The notes under the pieces: generated by a model
The model's input: the letters and a program-made list of their open reading frames with translations, nothing else
Told to the model about the DNA's origin: nothing
Database searches by the model: none
From: Chlorokybus atmophyticus
Taxonomy: Eukaryota > Plantae > Mesostigma and Chlorokybus algae
NCBI GenBank assembly: GCA_009103225.1
Contig: RHPI01000575.1
Location: forward strand, 295,527 to 359,526
Length of the DNA: 64,000 nucleotides
Reading direction: 5' to 3'
Position numbers and translations under genes: made by a program
In this document: piece after piece, positions 24,835-38,309 of the stretch
Numbering within the stretch: position 1 is the stretch's first letter
How the letters are laid out: the number at the start of each line of letters is the position of its first letter

Positions 24835-26720
24835 GCTTTCACCTTCCACGTTGACCACGCCATCATCTTTGTTGGCCTTAGGCTCAAGCACCACCCCCAC
24901 ACTAGCAAGTATCGCCTCATCTGAGTCTTCTGGCTCTGTGGGTAGATGAGCATCAGCTGCCACGTACTCTTCAGTCGTCTGCAAGTCATTAGCTGGGATA
25001 TTAAGCCTACCCATCTCCCCAAGGTTATCAAGGTCTTGCATCGATCACACTTGCATGTGTTAGTCACCAGCTGGCGGCGATGCATACGTGCGCACACTTG
25101 AGCGCATGTTGTCATACATGTATGTATTGTTGCTGATGTAGCTGATGTAGAGCCTTGCTCATTGAAAGCACACGCTTGGGTTGCCCATACTTGAGGGATG
25201 ATACGTGTGTGGCGCCAGCAATTGCGTATTGTTAAGGGAGTGATCTCGCCCCATGCCTCCTTGCTCCACGTAAATGCATCGCGCGCATTGACTGGAACCT
25301 TCCTTAAGTCCATTGTGGGGTCCGCTTCATGGTGTTGAATAATGTATGTCAGCAGCTTGCGCTTGTACCTATAAGAAGATTGAACGCCCATCAGGGCTTG
25401 TGCATCATTACACACTGTGCATGTGTTCTCACCTTGTATGCGGCAATGATGCCGGCATCAAGAGGTTGCACCTCAGCGGTTGCGTTTGTTGGCAAGAACA
25501 AGCAAGTCACATGAGACAAGTTTAAAGTCCTAAACCCTTTCTGCGTGCCCGCCATGGCCTTCGCGCATTAATGTGTCGATGAGTTATCCATAAGCAAGAG
25601 CACATTGCGCTTGGCCTGCTTCATCTCTTGATTGAAGCTTAGCAACCAGGATGAGAACACCTGCCAGCAAGCATACAAGCATAATTGCAGCTACAATGCG
25701 GCAACAACAATGCATACGCTATGGTGCACGCATGCATGTGTGCGCGCCAGCTGCAAAGCATACACTACGCACGCATGCAACAAACATGCACGCACACATA
25801 CAAGGTGCTATGCTGCAGCATGCATGCAAGTGCGCACGCACACGCGCATGCGGAGGTGCTGTGCTGCAACACTCATATAACTTTAAGAAACTCACCTTGC
25901 TGTTCATTCACGCAGTAGCATTGTGCGTGTACATGACGCGTACTTGATTTAGACGCCATGCTCCAAAGCAATGCGGCTTCTTTGAGGTTCCAATCAACAA
26001 CATAGGGCACTTGTTTAATGCGTTGCAGCATAGCATCAACGTGAAGCGAGTGCGGCCTTTCTTCAAACCTTTTACTTTCTTCCCTATCTTTGCTAGCGTC
26101 TCTGATGGACGCAGTCGAATGTACAAAGCCGTCTCGTCTATGTTATACACATCCTTTAGGTCCTACTCGGCAAGAATGACAACAACGATGCATGAACACA
26201 TGCTACTTCGCATAGGCAGGTGCATGCAACATTTACCTAAAGGCAAGTCTATCAATGCGTGCTGCACTCCCTCTTGATCGGCGTCTTCACTCTCTCCATG
26301 AGCAGTCAAAAACTTAATGCCGAAGTGATTCTTCCATCTTCTCAACCAACCACTTGAAACGCTAAATGTATCTGGCAGCTTCATGAGGCTTGCAAACACA
26401 CGCGCATTCTCCATCACAAGCAGATCCGAGATGCATGCATTCGTTGCCATAGCACGCTCGAACCACACATTCATAGCATTGTGCAGCACTAGATAGCAAC
26501 CTAGACGCATGCGTTTGCTGTTGGTTGCCATGTGCCCAGCGGTGCTGGGACGTTCAATGATGACATCATCATCCTTGAGCAGTCAAGAGAGAACAGACTG
26601 GCATAGCTCAAAGCTAAAGGCCTTCTTCATCAGCGCAAGATAATCAGCCTGTTTCGTAACATGCAGATTAATTCTGCACAATTCTGCAAACCGCTTCTTA
26701 TCTCTTAGACTTAATGCCAT
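24835..26720 (-). pseudogene. Tigger/pogo (CENP-B/jerky-like) transposase, degenerate, interrupted by the Gypsy element
   Basis: HTH 'MALSLRDKKRFAELC', CENP-B HTH 'FSVSSGWLRRWKNHFGI...HGES', 'YNIDETALY', 'RFTLMLCCNA', 'AWGEITPLTIRNCWRHT'. Confidence 0.88.
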
Positions 26721-28467
26721 ACATTTTTACGCTATGCCTGCTGTGCAAACTATGGCTAGAATGATGCATGCCAATGTGACGAACATCGGCGGCAAAATGC
26801 ATGCAGCATGCGCACCTTACATCACACGACGCTCATAGCAGAGTCAAACAGATAATACATGTGCACGACAAAGCTGCATGTTAATGGAGCACAATAACGC
26901 ACTGGCCCAGTGAGATAGTTCACTTGCAAATTGCAGGCGGCAGCACACACAACTCATACAACATGTACACTACACACATCACTACTAGGCAAAAGTGTTA
27001 CCTTTGATGACTGCCTCCACTCCTGGGCCCAAACCCTCCTCCTGCCTGCTCCGCTGCCGCCGCAAGGTTGGGCCACGACGTGCAGGGGACACAGGATGCC
27101 GCCGCAGACACGAAAACACTAAGTTGATATTGATATTGGCAAAGAGTCTTTAGATGTGATTGATAACTGCATGCACTTATAATTTGTGTGTGAATGAATC
27201 TGAATTCTCATTGATAAAAGCATATAAAGTTGGTTTGTATATGATCTGGATTATATTACAACCGATACTAACATTGCTTATATTAGCGATCAAATAGCTG
27301 AAGGGCCGTTTGGGACGCAGCAAATTATGCGAGTAACGGCAAAATGTCACTATCGGTCATGCTTGTAACGGCGCTTTACTGTACATCGACATGCTGTGAC
27401 AAAAGAGGGAGGCACAGGTATTGCTTGACTGGCAGTTAAGGTTGCAGCCATATTATAGCGCAAGCAAAAAGCTGCTAGCGGGGCTGAGCAAGAAGGTCAA
27501 AGCTGCAAGGAAGAAGGAGGTAGCCTAGTGAGAGAAGCAAGCAGCCCTGGAAACCGTGAAGCATGAGGCCTAAGAGAAGCATGCTGTAAAGACTGCCAAG
27601 GAGGCTGCCACGGCAGCCAAGAAGCCATAAAACAAGCAAAGCTGCTGGTGCAGCCGAGAGTTGTGCAATAAGCAGGGCCAACACACACCTGCAGGTGCCC
27701 ACCCTTGCATGATCAACCATAGCACCCAAGGGGAACCTGCAGTGGCTTACGCCAACGCCTGCAGCAATCTCACTCGCATGGCCAGCCCTCACTCCCAGCG
27801 GTTCCTGTCCTTGTCACCCACTCCCTCCGCCCAGCAAGGCTTGTAAAATGTCGACCACACGCTGTATGCTACACTGGCAACTGCCACGCAAGCTTTCAAC
27901 CTCATCAACCTCATAAGTGCAGCTAGAAATAGGAACTTGCAATAAGTTCATGTACATAATAGCCAGACCACCGTGGTACGACCGCCAAGTGATTGCCATG
28001 ATGCCATGCAACACGCAATGCGTGAAAAGCACAGTTGCTTCACACACAAAGGATGGTCAGCGTGTGAAAGTATTAAGCAAGGGTATTGCACACGCACTGT
28101 ACCCGGCAGAGGCCACACACAACACACACATAATCACAGTCACCACACATCCACCTTAGTGATACTCCACTCAGAGGGTAGGGTGCTCATCCACACAGAA
28201 GCGTAGTTGAGCGCGCTCGTGCAAACTATGCTCCACAACTAGCACGTGCACCATGACAAACCTGCTTTTCAGCTGCTTGACACGATACATATTGAAGCGA
28301 AGCCCTGCATCGAGGCGGATGACAACGTGAGCGTGGGCGATCCTCATCCTGCCCAACCCCAAAATTAGGGAGGCCAAGGGAAGCAATCAAAGGCACTTGT
28401 GAGAGCAAAAGTGCAACAATCAGCACGCTTATGCACGCACATGGACGCCTGCGGGCATGCATACAGG

Positions 28468-29843
28468 CATTGGGACAGTTGGACACATGCAAGCAAGCAT
28501 GCAAAAAAGCAGCCATACCATGTGCAAGCATATAGCAGGTATGGAGTGAAGAAAAAACGGATGTACACCACCCCTCGGCTAAGAATACTTATTAATACAC
28601 CAATTGTCTTTGAAAGGTATGTGGCCATAGATTGTGGTTTAAGATAAAAAATCACGAGTTTATGAGATTGTCTTGCAATCTCAATGGTTGATCACACCCA
28701 AAGATAAAAATCGTTTGAAGATGATTGGTTGGATAAATGTTAAGTGAGATCACATGTTACAAGTTAGTTGGCCGCCTTCGATTACACTAGGGTCTAAACA
28801 ACTTGTGCCAGAGGCACCATTGCTGGAGACACCCACCACTCCAGAGGAGTAGATAAGCTACAAGCGTATACAGAAATTGTTGGCACGCTACCAGGTATAA
28901 AACTTGGGGCAATGTGCCCATGTACCATTGGGACAGTTGGACACATGCAAGCAAGCATGCAAAAAAGCAGCCATACCATGTGCAAGCATATAGCAGGTAT
29001 GGAGTGAAGAAAAAACGGATGTACACCACCCCTCGGCTAAGAATACTTATTAATACACCAATTGTCTTTGAAAGGTATGTGGCCATAGATTGTGGTTTAA
29101 GATAAAAGATCACGAGTTTATGAGATTGTCTTGCAATCTCAATGGTTGATCACACCCAAAGATAAAAATCGTTTGAAGATGATTGGTTGGATAAATGTTA
29201 AGTGAGATCACATGTTACAAGTTAGTTGGCCGCCTTCGATTACACTAGGGTCTAAACAACTTGTGCCAGAGGCACCATTGCTGGAGACACCCACCACTCC
29301 AGAGGAGTAGATAAGCTACAAGCGTATACAGAAATTGTTGGCACGCTACCAGGTATAAAACTTGGGGCAATGTGCCCATGTACCATTGGGACAGTTGGAC
29401 ACATGCAAGCAAGCATGCAAAAAAGCAGCCATACCATGTGCAAGCATATAGCAGGTATGGAGTGAAGAAAAAACGGATGTACACCACCCCTCGGCTAAGA
29501 ATACTTATTAATACACCAATTGTCTTTGAAAGGTATGTGGCCATAGATTGTGGTTTAAGATAAAAAATCACGAGTTTATGAGATTGTCTTGCAATCTCAA
29601 TGGTTGATCACACCCAAAGATAAAAATCGTTTGAAGATGATTGGTTGGATAAATGTTAAGTGAGATCACATGTTACAAGTTAGTTGGCCGCCTTCGATTA
29701 CACTAGGGTCTAAACAACTTGTGCCAGAGGCACCATTGCTGGAGACACCCACCACTCCAGAGGAGTAGATAAGCTACAAGCGTATACAGAAATTGTTGGC
29801 ACGCTACCAGGTATAAAACTTGGGGCAATGTGCCCATGTACCA
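28468..29843. repeat. Exact tandem triplication of a 458-bp unit
   Basis: 'cattgggacagttggacac' recurs at 28468, 28926 and 29384; the units are nearly identical. Confidence 0.95.
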
Positions 29844-29908
29844 CTTACGATCATGTTTGGAAATGAAGGCTGCAAGCGAGGAACCCTTTGTATGTGCGTG
29901 AAAAAAAT

Positions 29909-29909
<1 letters not shown>

Positions 29910-29947
<38 letters not shown>

Positions 29948-29956
29948 TTATATGTA
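29910..29956. repeat. (AT)n / ATATTT microsatellite
   Basis: Seen directly. Confidence 0.85.
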
Positions 29957-31029
29957 TATGAATTTCCTTATTATGCATGTTGACCATTTGCTACGTAATA
30001 TCAAGCTCTTAATGCTGAAAAATGAAACTTCTATTGAGCAAATTACTGGACTGATTACATGCTCTTTGACTTTACACAAGTACATCATGCAATGCATGAT
30101 GGCCCCGTGGCTGTTACAAGACCTTAACGCATGCAGTTGTGCGTGGTTTGCGTGAAGTAGCCACCGAAGATAAGGCTATTCAGGCTGCGTAAAGGGGCCA
30201 TTAAGAGACTGTTGTGCAGTGTTGCCTAGTGCAATCCGTTGTAACTGACATCAATGTACTATGACATTAATTTACTATGTTTGGTAAAGCCACACCTCTA
30301 CCCAGCGTGTATCAGAATATAGTATTGATATTTACCGTTTTCTCTGATTTCGCTAGGAATGCCCTATTTCCCATGGTTGTCCCCGATCCTCCTATACTTG
30401 GGGTCGGGGCACTGTAACTTACACTGCCCCCCAAAAGTTTTGGAGGGGCACTGTAAGTCGGGGGGGCCGCTGGGGTCGGGTTACGGGATTCGCTGTGATC
30501 ACTGCTTCCTTACTGTAAACGGTTACTTTGGATGCATGCGTGACGTGTGGTATGAACAAAGATCCGTTCCTGTACTGGTACCGGTATTCCTAAGCTTTGT
30601 CATGTTGTGAGGCCGGAAGCTGATCAAGCTGGACCCGTCGCATTATTTCTGACAGGATATTTTCAACTGGGCATGCAACCTGCAGGCTGGCAATAAAGTG
30701 TCGGGTTAATGTCGCCAAGTTCACACTGAGCTTACAAGAGTGAGTACAGTATGGGAGCACAAGGTGCTCGCTCTAAACAGTTGCATGCGATGATGTGGCG
30801 TGCAGCCACTTGTTTCATTATAGATGTAAGCAAGTGATGAGGCTGAGAATGCATATTACATTCTTTGAGCAGTGAAAATCCGTTGCTTTAGTATGCCAGG
30901 AAAGCCACGCATTCTTGAGGCGCCTGGCTTGCTAAGGGCAGGCGGAATACTACTTGACCAGAGCTGCTGCGTGTGGGACTGCAAGGTAGCAGTGGCAGAC
31001 CAGAGGCGGCAGCGTTGACGGCGGTCGGC

Positions 31030-34000
31030 ATGGCGTCGTTGTTGTCGGTGGCGGGGGTTCTGATAGCGAGTTTGCTGCTGCTGGTGGCGCCGGCGGCCCG
31101 CGCAGCCAAATGGACCGTGATGTTTTACCTGATGGGGGACAACAGTCTGGACTGCTACGCGCTCTATGTAAGTAGGAAACACACAGCAGCAGAAGCTTAG
31201 TAGCTCGCTTCTGCCTTAGTTGAGCAGATTGTACGTCGCTAAAGTTGCACGCAAAAACGCCTTTCTTGCACAAGCTGTGGTTCATGTCAGGACGTTGACT
31301 CCGTCAGCAAGCACCTTGCATTGTTTTCTCAAGCAAGCAACGCAATTGCTGCTGCAAGACATAGACCGCTGGCATGCTTCACGAACAATGGCTGGACAAG
31401 CTTGAGCTGGCTTATTTGGTTGCTGGCTCTGCTTTCAAGCCTGTCCCATCACCTTGAAGTTGTTGCACTTGGACTTCATGTTTTACTTACCGTTGGCATG
31501 GAATGTCACAGAACCTCAACGCTCTGGCTTCTGTGAAAAATGCGGGCTCAGAGGTGAGTTTCAATACGTGCTATGCTCTGTTGACCTCGAGAGCTACATT
31601 GCAAGTTGTTGGCACTTTGAAGCTTGAGCAAGGCGAATGCGAGCTGTTTGTTTATCTTGGTTTGGATGGACAGGTCAACTTCTTTGTCTTGGCGGATTTC
31701 GCCTCTGAGCAGACCTCGTGCACTGGGGTATGCTACATACAAACCACAAGCGTGCACTCATTCAATCGTGCTGCCAGAGGTGGTGGGTCCATTGCTTCAT
31801 CATGCAGGTGTTCGATGGAAAAAGTGTTGGTGGCATCCCATTATGGGCTGGTGCAAAGGCAAGCATAGCGGAAGTGATGTCCGAATGCATGCATGTCTAG
31901 TAGTGTGTCCTGCCAGATATTGAAGAGTTACTTCTTGTGCACAGGATCTTGTGCTGCAGTCAGACGGGTCACTCGAGACGCTCCAGACATATGGTGTGCT
32001 TGATCTGTAAGTGCTGTTGCTTGTCACTTGTTCTTGGACTAGTAAACTGTCTGTACCCTCTCAACAATTGTGAACAATTGTTTTGCAGAGCTAGTCCTAT
32101 TATATTGAAGGCGTTCATTGCTCGGGGCATTCAGAGCTACCCTGCTGGTATGCCGCTGATTCAAGTACCATTTTGCAATCGGTTGCAGAACAAGCAACTG
32201 ATACTTCAGTACAGTTGCATCTCGCTCACGCGTTACGGCATGCAGATCACTACATCTTGATCCTTTGGGACCACGGTGGTGGGTAAGGACGACTCTTGTT
32301 GACTGTGATGTATTATTGTTTTGCCAAAAGACAGCCACAGTGTGGCTTTCTTTGGCTTGTTCCAAGCTCAGGCTCGCTGCAGGTGGTCAGGATATGGTTC
32401 GGATGACACACCCGGGCAGCAATACCAAGACTCTCGTACTGCTTTTATGCACGAATGTTGCTATCCAGCAGATTGCTCGCTTGCTGAAGCGGTTGCTTTT
32501 GCACAGAGGGACAAACACACACAGGGCCTACCGGAACCCTGACCTTGCCGCAAATTGCCAGTGTGGTGTCCGGTGCGCTGAGCGACGCTGGAGTTCAGCA
32601 GCTGGACATCATTGGCTTCGATGCTTGCCTCATGCAAACATACGAAACGAGCAACGCCTTGGCACCGTACGCCAACTACATTGTTGGGTCTCAAGAGCTG
32701 GAGCCTGGCAAAGGGTGGAACTACAACGTGTTTCAACAACTCGTTGACAATCCTGACATGAGCGCGCTGGTACGCATCGTTAGTCCTGCGGCTGGCAGCA
32801 TAGTGTAGTTTCTAGTTACCCCACTCGGCGCTAACGTGTGCAAGTCGATCGGCAGTCAACCGCTCTGGCAGGTGTTGCTATGTACTCTCAATTCGCAACT
32901 AACCCTTTCACACGGATGCGTGCAGGATCTGAGCAAGGCTATTGCGGATGGGTATCTGGCTTTGAATTCTGACGCCACTGCCATATCTCTTGCTGTCGCG
33001 GACATGTCAAAGTTTGCGACGCTGGCATCTGCGATGGACACCTTGACCAACAGCATGTCCAAGGCATTCAGCAGCTCTCTTGCACCCTTGACCATTGATG
33101 TGGGCCTGGTTCGCGGTGCGGCGGTTGAGGTCAGTGTTGCAGACCGTGTGATGCATATCGTGTATGCAAACTGTGCTCGACATGCCGTCGTTGTTGACGT
33201 TTTGTCGCGCTCGAGATTTTTCAGATTTGTTTTGTCATGCTCAGATGGTGGAATTCTCCGCTTCGCTCAACGCTCAGGTCAGCTCAATCGACCTTGGAGA
33301 ATTTCTGTCAAAGCTGCAGTCAAGTTATGGTGGGCTCGATGCCAAATCAACACAGGCACTCGCAGATGCCGGCACCTCCGCCTCCAAGGTGAGGTGCAGC
33401 AGGCCGCTATAGGTGCATATGCATGGACAGCGCTTATGCGGTCAACATATGCGCTTTTCATTGCAGGCCTACAATGATACCATAGTGTATCTAGTGCGGG
33501 ACCGCTTCGAAGCGTTTCAGGGAGCCACGGGCATGAGCATCTACTTCCCCAGAATAGTGTCAGACTACACCCCTTCATACCCAAGTTACGTGGGTGGAGG
33601 CGGTCGTTGGTTGAGCACTCTGACAGCCTTCTTTCATTCAGCAGACATCTTGCAGGTATGACAACTTGGCAGAACGTGTGCGCCGGGCGTGTTACTCGGG
33701 AGTCGTGGGGAGTTGTCTTGTGCTCGTGGTACGTGTGATTAGCAACACAGTAACCCTCACCCTCTTGTTGCATATTGCAGAAGACAGACGCGAACCCACT
33801 CTCGTGGGGCCCCGCACAGCAGATTCAGATTGTAAACCTTCCTGACTACCCCAACGAGCCAGATATCACTGTTCACGTTAACTTAACGAACCCAGGTGTG
33901 TGGCTAACGCTCTTGTAACACACAGGTTTCCTTCCAGTATGAAGCATGCTGACCTTTGTATCTGCAGATCGTGCTGGTTTTACCCTGCTGTACTCGGGGT

Positions 34001-35028
34001 ACAGTGACAACAACCAAATCCTGTTTCTTGCAAGGAGTTACGCTACAGTCGACCTACAATCTGGTGTTGTGACGGGCACGTGGGACGGGTACATCTTCGA
34101 GTTGCACCAGAATGGCGGATCGAAAAAAGCTACAGTGTATGCCAGCCAGCAGGTGGGGATTATACATGACTTACGTGAACACTTGCCTTATTGATCAGTA
34201 GATTCTCAAGGGCTATGTGTTGCGACAGGTTGTGGGCACTGGCGTGGATGAAGTCCTGCAGGTCACGTGTGACGTGGAGTACTACCCGCCGGGATCTTCC
34301 CAGCAGACTCTGGCGGGAACTTTGCAGCTGCAGTACAACTATACTTCCCAGACATCGTCTCCATTGATTCTCTACGTGTTGCAGGGCGAATCCATCTCTC
34401 AGGTGCACTTGGCTCCCAATGCATGCGCTGTTGCTTGCATCCAATCAACACGCATTGGTAAATGAGATTGTGGGTGTTGTGTGTTCGCCCGCTTGCATGT
34501 GTGTGCTATCATGCGCTTACTGGCGTCAATGCACGTGTGTGATGCACGCACAAACCAGCAAACCGACACACATGCGACGTTTCGTGGTTGCACTTGGCAA
34601 TCTGGCAGATCCCTTCCTCGCAAGGCGGTACTCTCCGCCCGCTGATATACGCGACCGACCCGGGCACTGAGGACTTCTCAACGGCCTCGACGGCATATTT
34701 CCCAGCTGAGGATGTGCTGGACTGGTCGGCGGACAACCCGCTCACGCTCAACAAGCATCACGTCCTCAACAACGACGTGAAGTCGTACACGTGCGGCGAC
34801 TTGCGCCTGGTGCTGTTGACAAATGATTGGGCGCAGCGCGGGCTGGCTTCAACGGTAGCGGGTTCGAAGGTCGGCTGTGTCACGGTGACCTCGACCTCGG
34901 ACACGTCCGGCCCGCGCTTCACCGGCAACTCGGCTGCTGGTGTGCAACCTCCGCAGACGCCGCTGCTGCTGCTGCTGCTGCTGGTCTTGGTGCTCTCGTG
35001 CTTCACTATGCTAGGTGGGGCACTGTAG
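31030..35028 (+). CDS. Clostripain-family (peptidase C11) cysteine protease with signal peptide, C-terminal extension and hydrophobic tail; more than 12 exons
   Basis: Signal 'MASLLSVAGVLIASLLLLVAPAARA', then 'KWTVMFYLMGDNSL', 'AFIARGIQSYPA', catalytic His 'LILWDHGGG', catalytic Cys 'DIIGFDACLM', 'SQELEPGKGWNY', tail 'PLLLLLLLVLVLSCFTMLGGAL'. Confidence 0.9.
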
Positions 35029-35479
35029 GCCTACTCTTCCACCAGGGCAAAGGTTCTTCGGCTGTTAGAGTTGAGCCTTGTTGGTTGCTCGACACCACGG
35101 TGCTGCCCCCTCTTAACTTAGCAGACAGTCAATCTGTGTCTGGTAATTGCTCTCAAGAGTATTTCTGTATCTTGCCGAGTGGGTGTGTTGTGAACAGGAA
35201 GTTACACCCTAACAGCTGCCGCAATGTGGGGGCATGCACAACACAAGTAACCGCCAGACTGACTTGGTAGTGGAATCTTGGGTGCATTGAGTCATTACAA
35301 ATTGAAAGTTGCTTACGCAGCACTGTGGTAATCAGTGCGTGCAGTATAAATGAATATATATACATGGGTGCCAGTTGGCGATTGTGGTGTATAGTGTTCA
35401 ACGCTACCCTACTCAAACACAATCATACAGAAGGTAGTACACAAGCTATGTCCTCAAGTGTGCTATCTATCGTGCACAC

Positions 35480-36600
35480 GCAAAGAGGGGGCTGCGTGCA
35501 CTGCAGCTGCAGCTAGTGCCATAATGGTTGTGGCCTGTGCGCGCTGGAACGTGGCAGATATGCGCTGACGGAAGGCAGTCACAGTGCATGATAGATACTG
35601 CATCTCCAACTCACGAGCACCCAACGCTCGGTCCGCACAAGTGGCCAACAAGTCTATCAACGGGCGGCACATCCAACCGTGCGACTCAATCGCCAACGGG
35701 ATCAGCGTGTCGGTTACAAAATGAGCCGAGTACTTAGAGCACTTCTCGTGCTTCGCACTCTGTGCAGCTGATCCCGCTAGGTAGTGGCTGCTGATGAGGG
35801 TGACGCTGAGCAGCGTGCGCGAGTTATAACACCGCTCTGAGCCAACGATGTCCCTACAACGTCCCTGACGCCGCGTCCGGAAAAGGCTCCCCCTTTCGTA
35901 CAGGCAATACCCCTGTCTGCTCGCAACGGACGGTGTAGCTCGCCTCTCTCATGATGGCAGCAACAGCGCCGCGCACAGCATTGTGTCACAATGCAATGGC
36001 GCATACAAGTTGTCATATGCTCGTTTCGGCTGGTGAGCTGATAACCACATGAACAAAGCTGCACGTGTGCCAGGAGCGGGTGTGACCAACCAAGCAAGTG
36101 CATGGCTGTGCGCATGCCTGTGAGGAAGATGAAGTCTGAAAAGCGATGATTTGGGAGCGCGGGAACGGCCGTTGACCAAGCACCTGCGACTCCTCTCGAA
36201 GCCGACTGCAAAGTGCGTGCAGTACTGCTCAAGTTTGGCACCCCAACAGCGTAATGCTTCCTCCCCTTCAAGAACCATATTTGCCACTCTTGCTGTTGCT
36301 ACCTCCGCTGGCCGAATATGTCTATGGCTACAACATCACGCACACCCCTTTCAAGCACGCATTACACAATCCTCGATATGATAAAGTGTGGCGGGAGCTG
36401 AAAACCACATAATCCAACGACATTTGCGCATCCGCAGCTGGGCGAGCATAGTGGGCAGCCCCACCGCCTGTGCCTGGCACAGTGTGCCCAATGTTGATGG
36501 CAAGAGAGCAATGGATAAGCGTAACAAGTTGGTCAACTGCACAAACAACCTGGTCTATAACCATGGTTAGTTGGTTACCGCTCGGCGTTGGCTCTTGAAA
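35480..36600 (-). mobile_element. Degenerate non-LTR retrotransposon 3' part (CRE/R2-like, RLE type)
   Basis: 'LQSASRGVAGAWSTAVP...FSDFIFLTGMR', 'CSCGYQLTSRNEHMTTC', 'AAQSAKHEKCSKY', 'PLAIESHGW...RQRISATFQRAQA'. Confidence 0.7.
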
Positions 36601-38309
36601 CCAGCTTTGCAAAAGGGCGTTGCCAACGTATTGTATATCTCCATCATCGTGTGATCAAAGGCACAAAGCCGTCGTCTAATTCTAGCGAAAAAACAGCGGA
36701 AACATCATATACGTCCGCGTATCTTCATGCAGAAACAAATTCAAGTTGGAACACGCAGCACAACCACAACGCCGTGCCACATCGCTAAGCTCACCGGGTG
36801 GCTATATGTAGCATTGATTTGTTGTAATAGCGACTTCCTGTACATTGGTTGTGTACTTGTATGGGGGCCGTGCAACCACATGCGTTAATCACATGTATTC
36901 AACTTCGTACCGTATAAATTTTAAACAAGTGATTTCATAAAGGCTATTTTAATTATGCTCACAACACTGCTCAAGTGATTACGTTATGACTTTAGTAGAA
37001 GGCGGTGCACTGCACCGCCACTTGTTGAACACACTAGGTGCAACACCACTTGTGTTTTTGGTTTGTGAACTTGCAGTTGTAGAGGACATCTCTCCTGCCC
37101 AGCAGCCTGCATGTGCATGCTGAGCAGCAGTAGCTCACAGTCATCGCGTGGAATTCATGCCATGGATTCCGTGCTAGCTCGTGCTTGCTCCCAAGCTCAC
37201 CCCTTGTTAACATTGCCGTGTGCGTCGCTCAAGCATTTTCTCACAAATAAAAATACGATACAAGCACGCATGGTCGCGAGTGCTAATGTTGTGATTGTGG
37301 AGTCCGCCAACAACAGTCTTTGCCATGCACTTTAGCCATATTGTTGGCGTACATGCATTATAGACAGAAGGCAGTATACACACCTGCAAGAGTGTGGGTG
37401 CATTGTGAACGAATGTGGAGGGTAATGTTGGCATGGCTGCATGATGTTTGTTGAATTATTGAATATTGAAAACAAATGCTACATGCAATCAACATTATGA
37501 GTTTGTTGATTGTACGGCATGGTATCTACACAGTCAAGTAGTTGTGTGCATGTTGGCTACACCATACGGTAATATAAACTACGCCGGCTGCAAGCGTCTG
37601 GCAATGCACACCACTCCAACATGTTGGTGTTAACACAAGATTGTCAGGCTGATTGTCTCATATAAGGGACACTTGCATTCAAGCATGCATATGCATGCTC
37701 AATAACCGTAGTGTTTTTGTACAAAGGGGCAAGCCACTACAGCCCCAACATGCAACCACATCCGATTCTGCAATGTTTGAAAGGAGCAAATGCAGGAGCA
37801 AGGAGAAGCCGCTTGAACCCACATTAAGTACTCACAATACCGCCGTTCATGTTAGCCTCTCGCTGGGGCAGCCCCCCTTTTTAAAGTACCTTGTCCTCAG
37901 TGTGATGTTAGTGAAGACAGCATTGACAGCAACTGCTGCTCCCACTAGAGAGCCTCACACGGTGTGGCAGGCCGCACCTGCAGTGGCTTGCAAGGAAGAA
38001 GTTTTTAACGCAGGAGCTTTTGTGTTCCGTTCGATCCTCAACTACGTCTCGTGTAAGTCCCTTGCGCTGGCTGAGTGATACGGGCATTATCACTGAGCTA
38101 CCAGAAGGGCCACAACAACTCAAGAGCATAAGTACATATTGATTAACTCTTAACATGTTCATGCAAGCGTACCAGTTATAAATTTTGATTACTGCGGTAT
38201 ATGGTGTGAGACATATTATCGAAATAGGCTTCCAATTATGTGAATGACTGTTATACTCAGAGTAATAGTTAAGGCCCCGGGTGGATAACTATATACAAAC
38301 AAAGTAACG

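Noticed and set aside
27400-28400. Coding-like fragments (K/A-rich stretch, broken minus frames)
   Set aside because: Multiple stops and no motif I can assign; possibly an old TE.
30410-30450. Short hairpin cttacactgcccc...ggggcactgtaag
   Set aside because: Isolated imperfect stem with no supporting TE or RNA-gene features.
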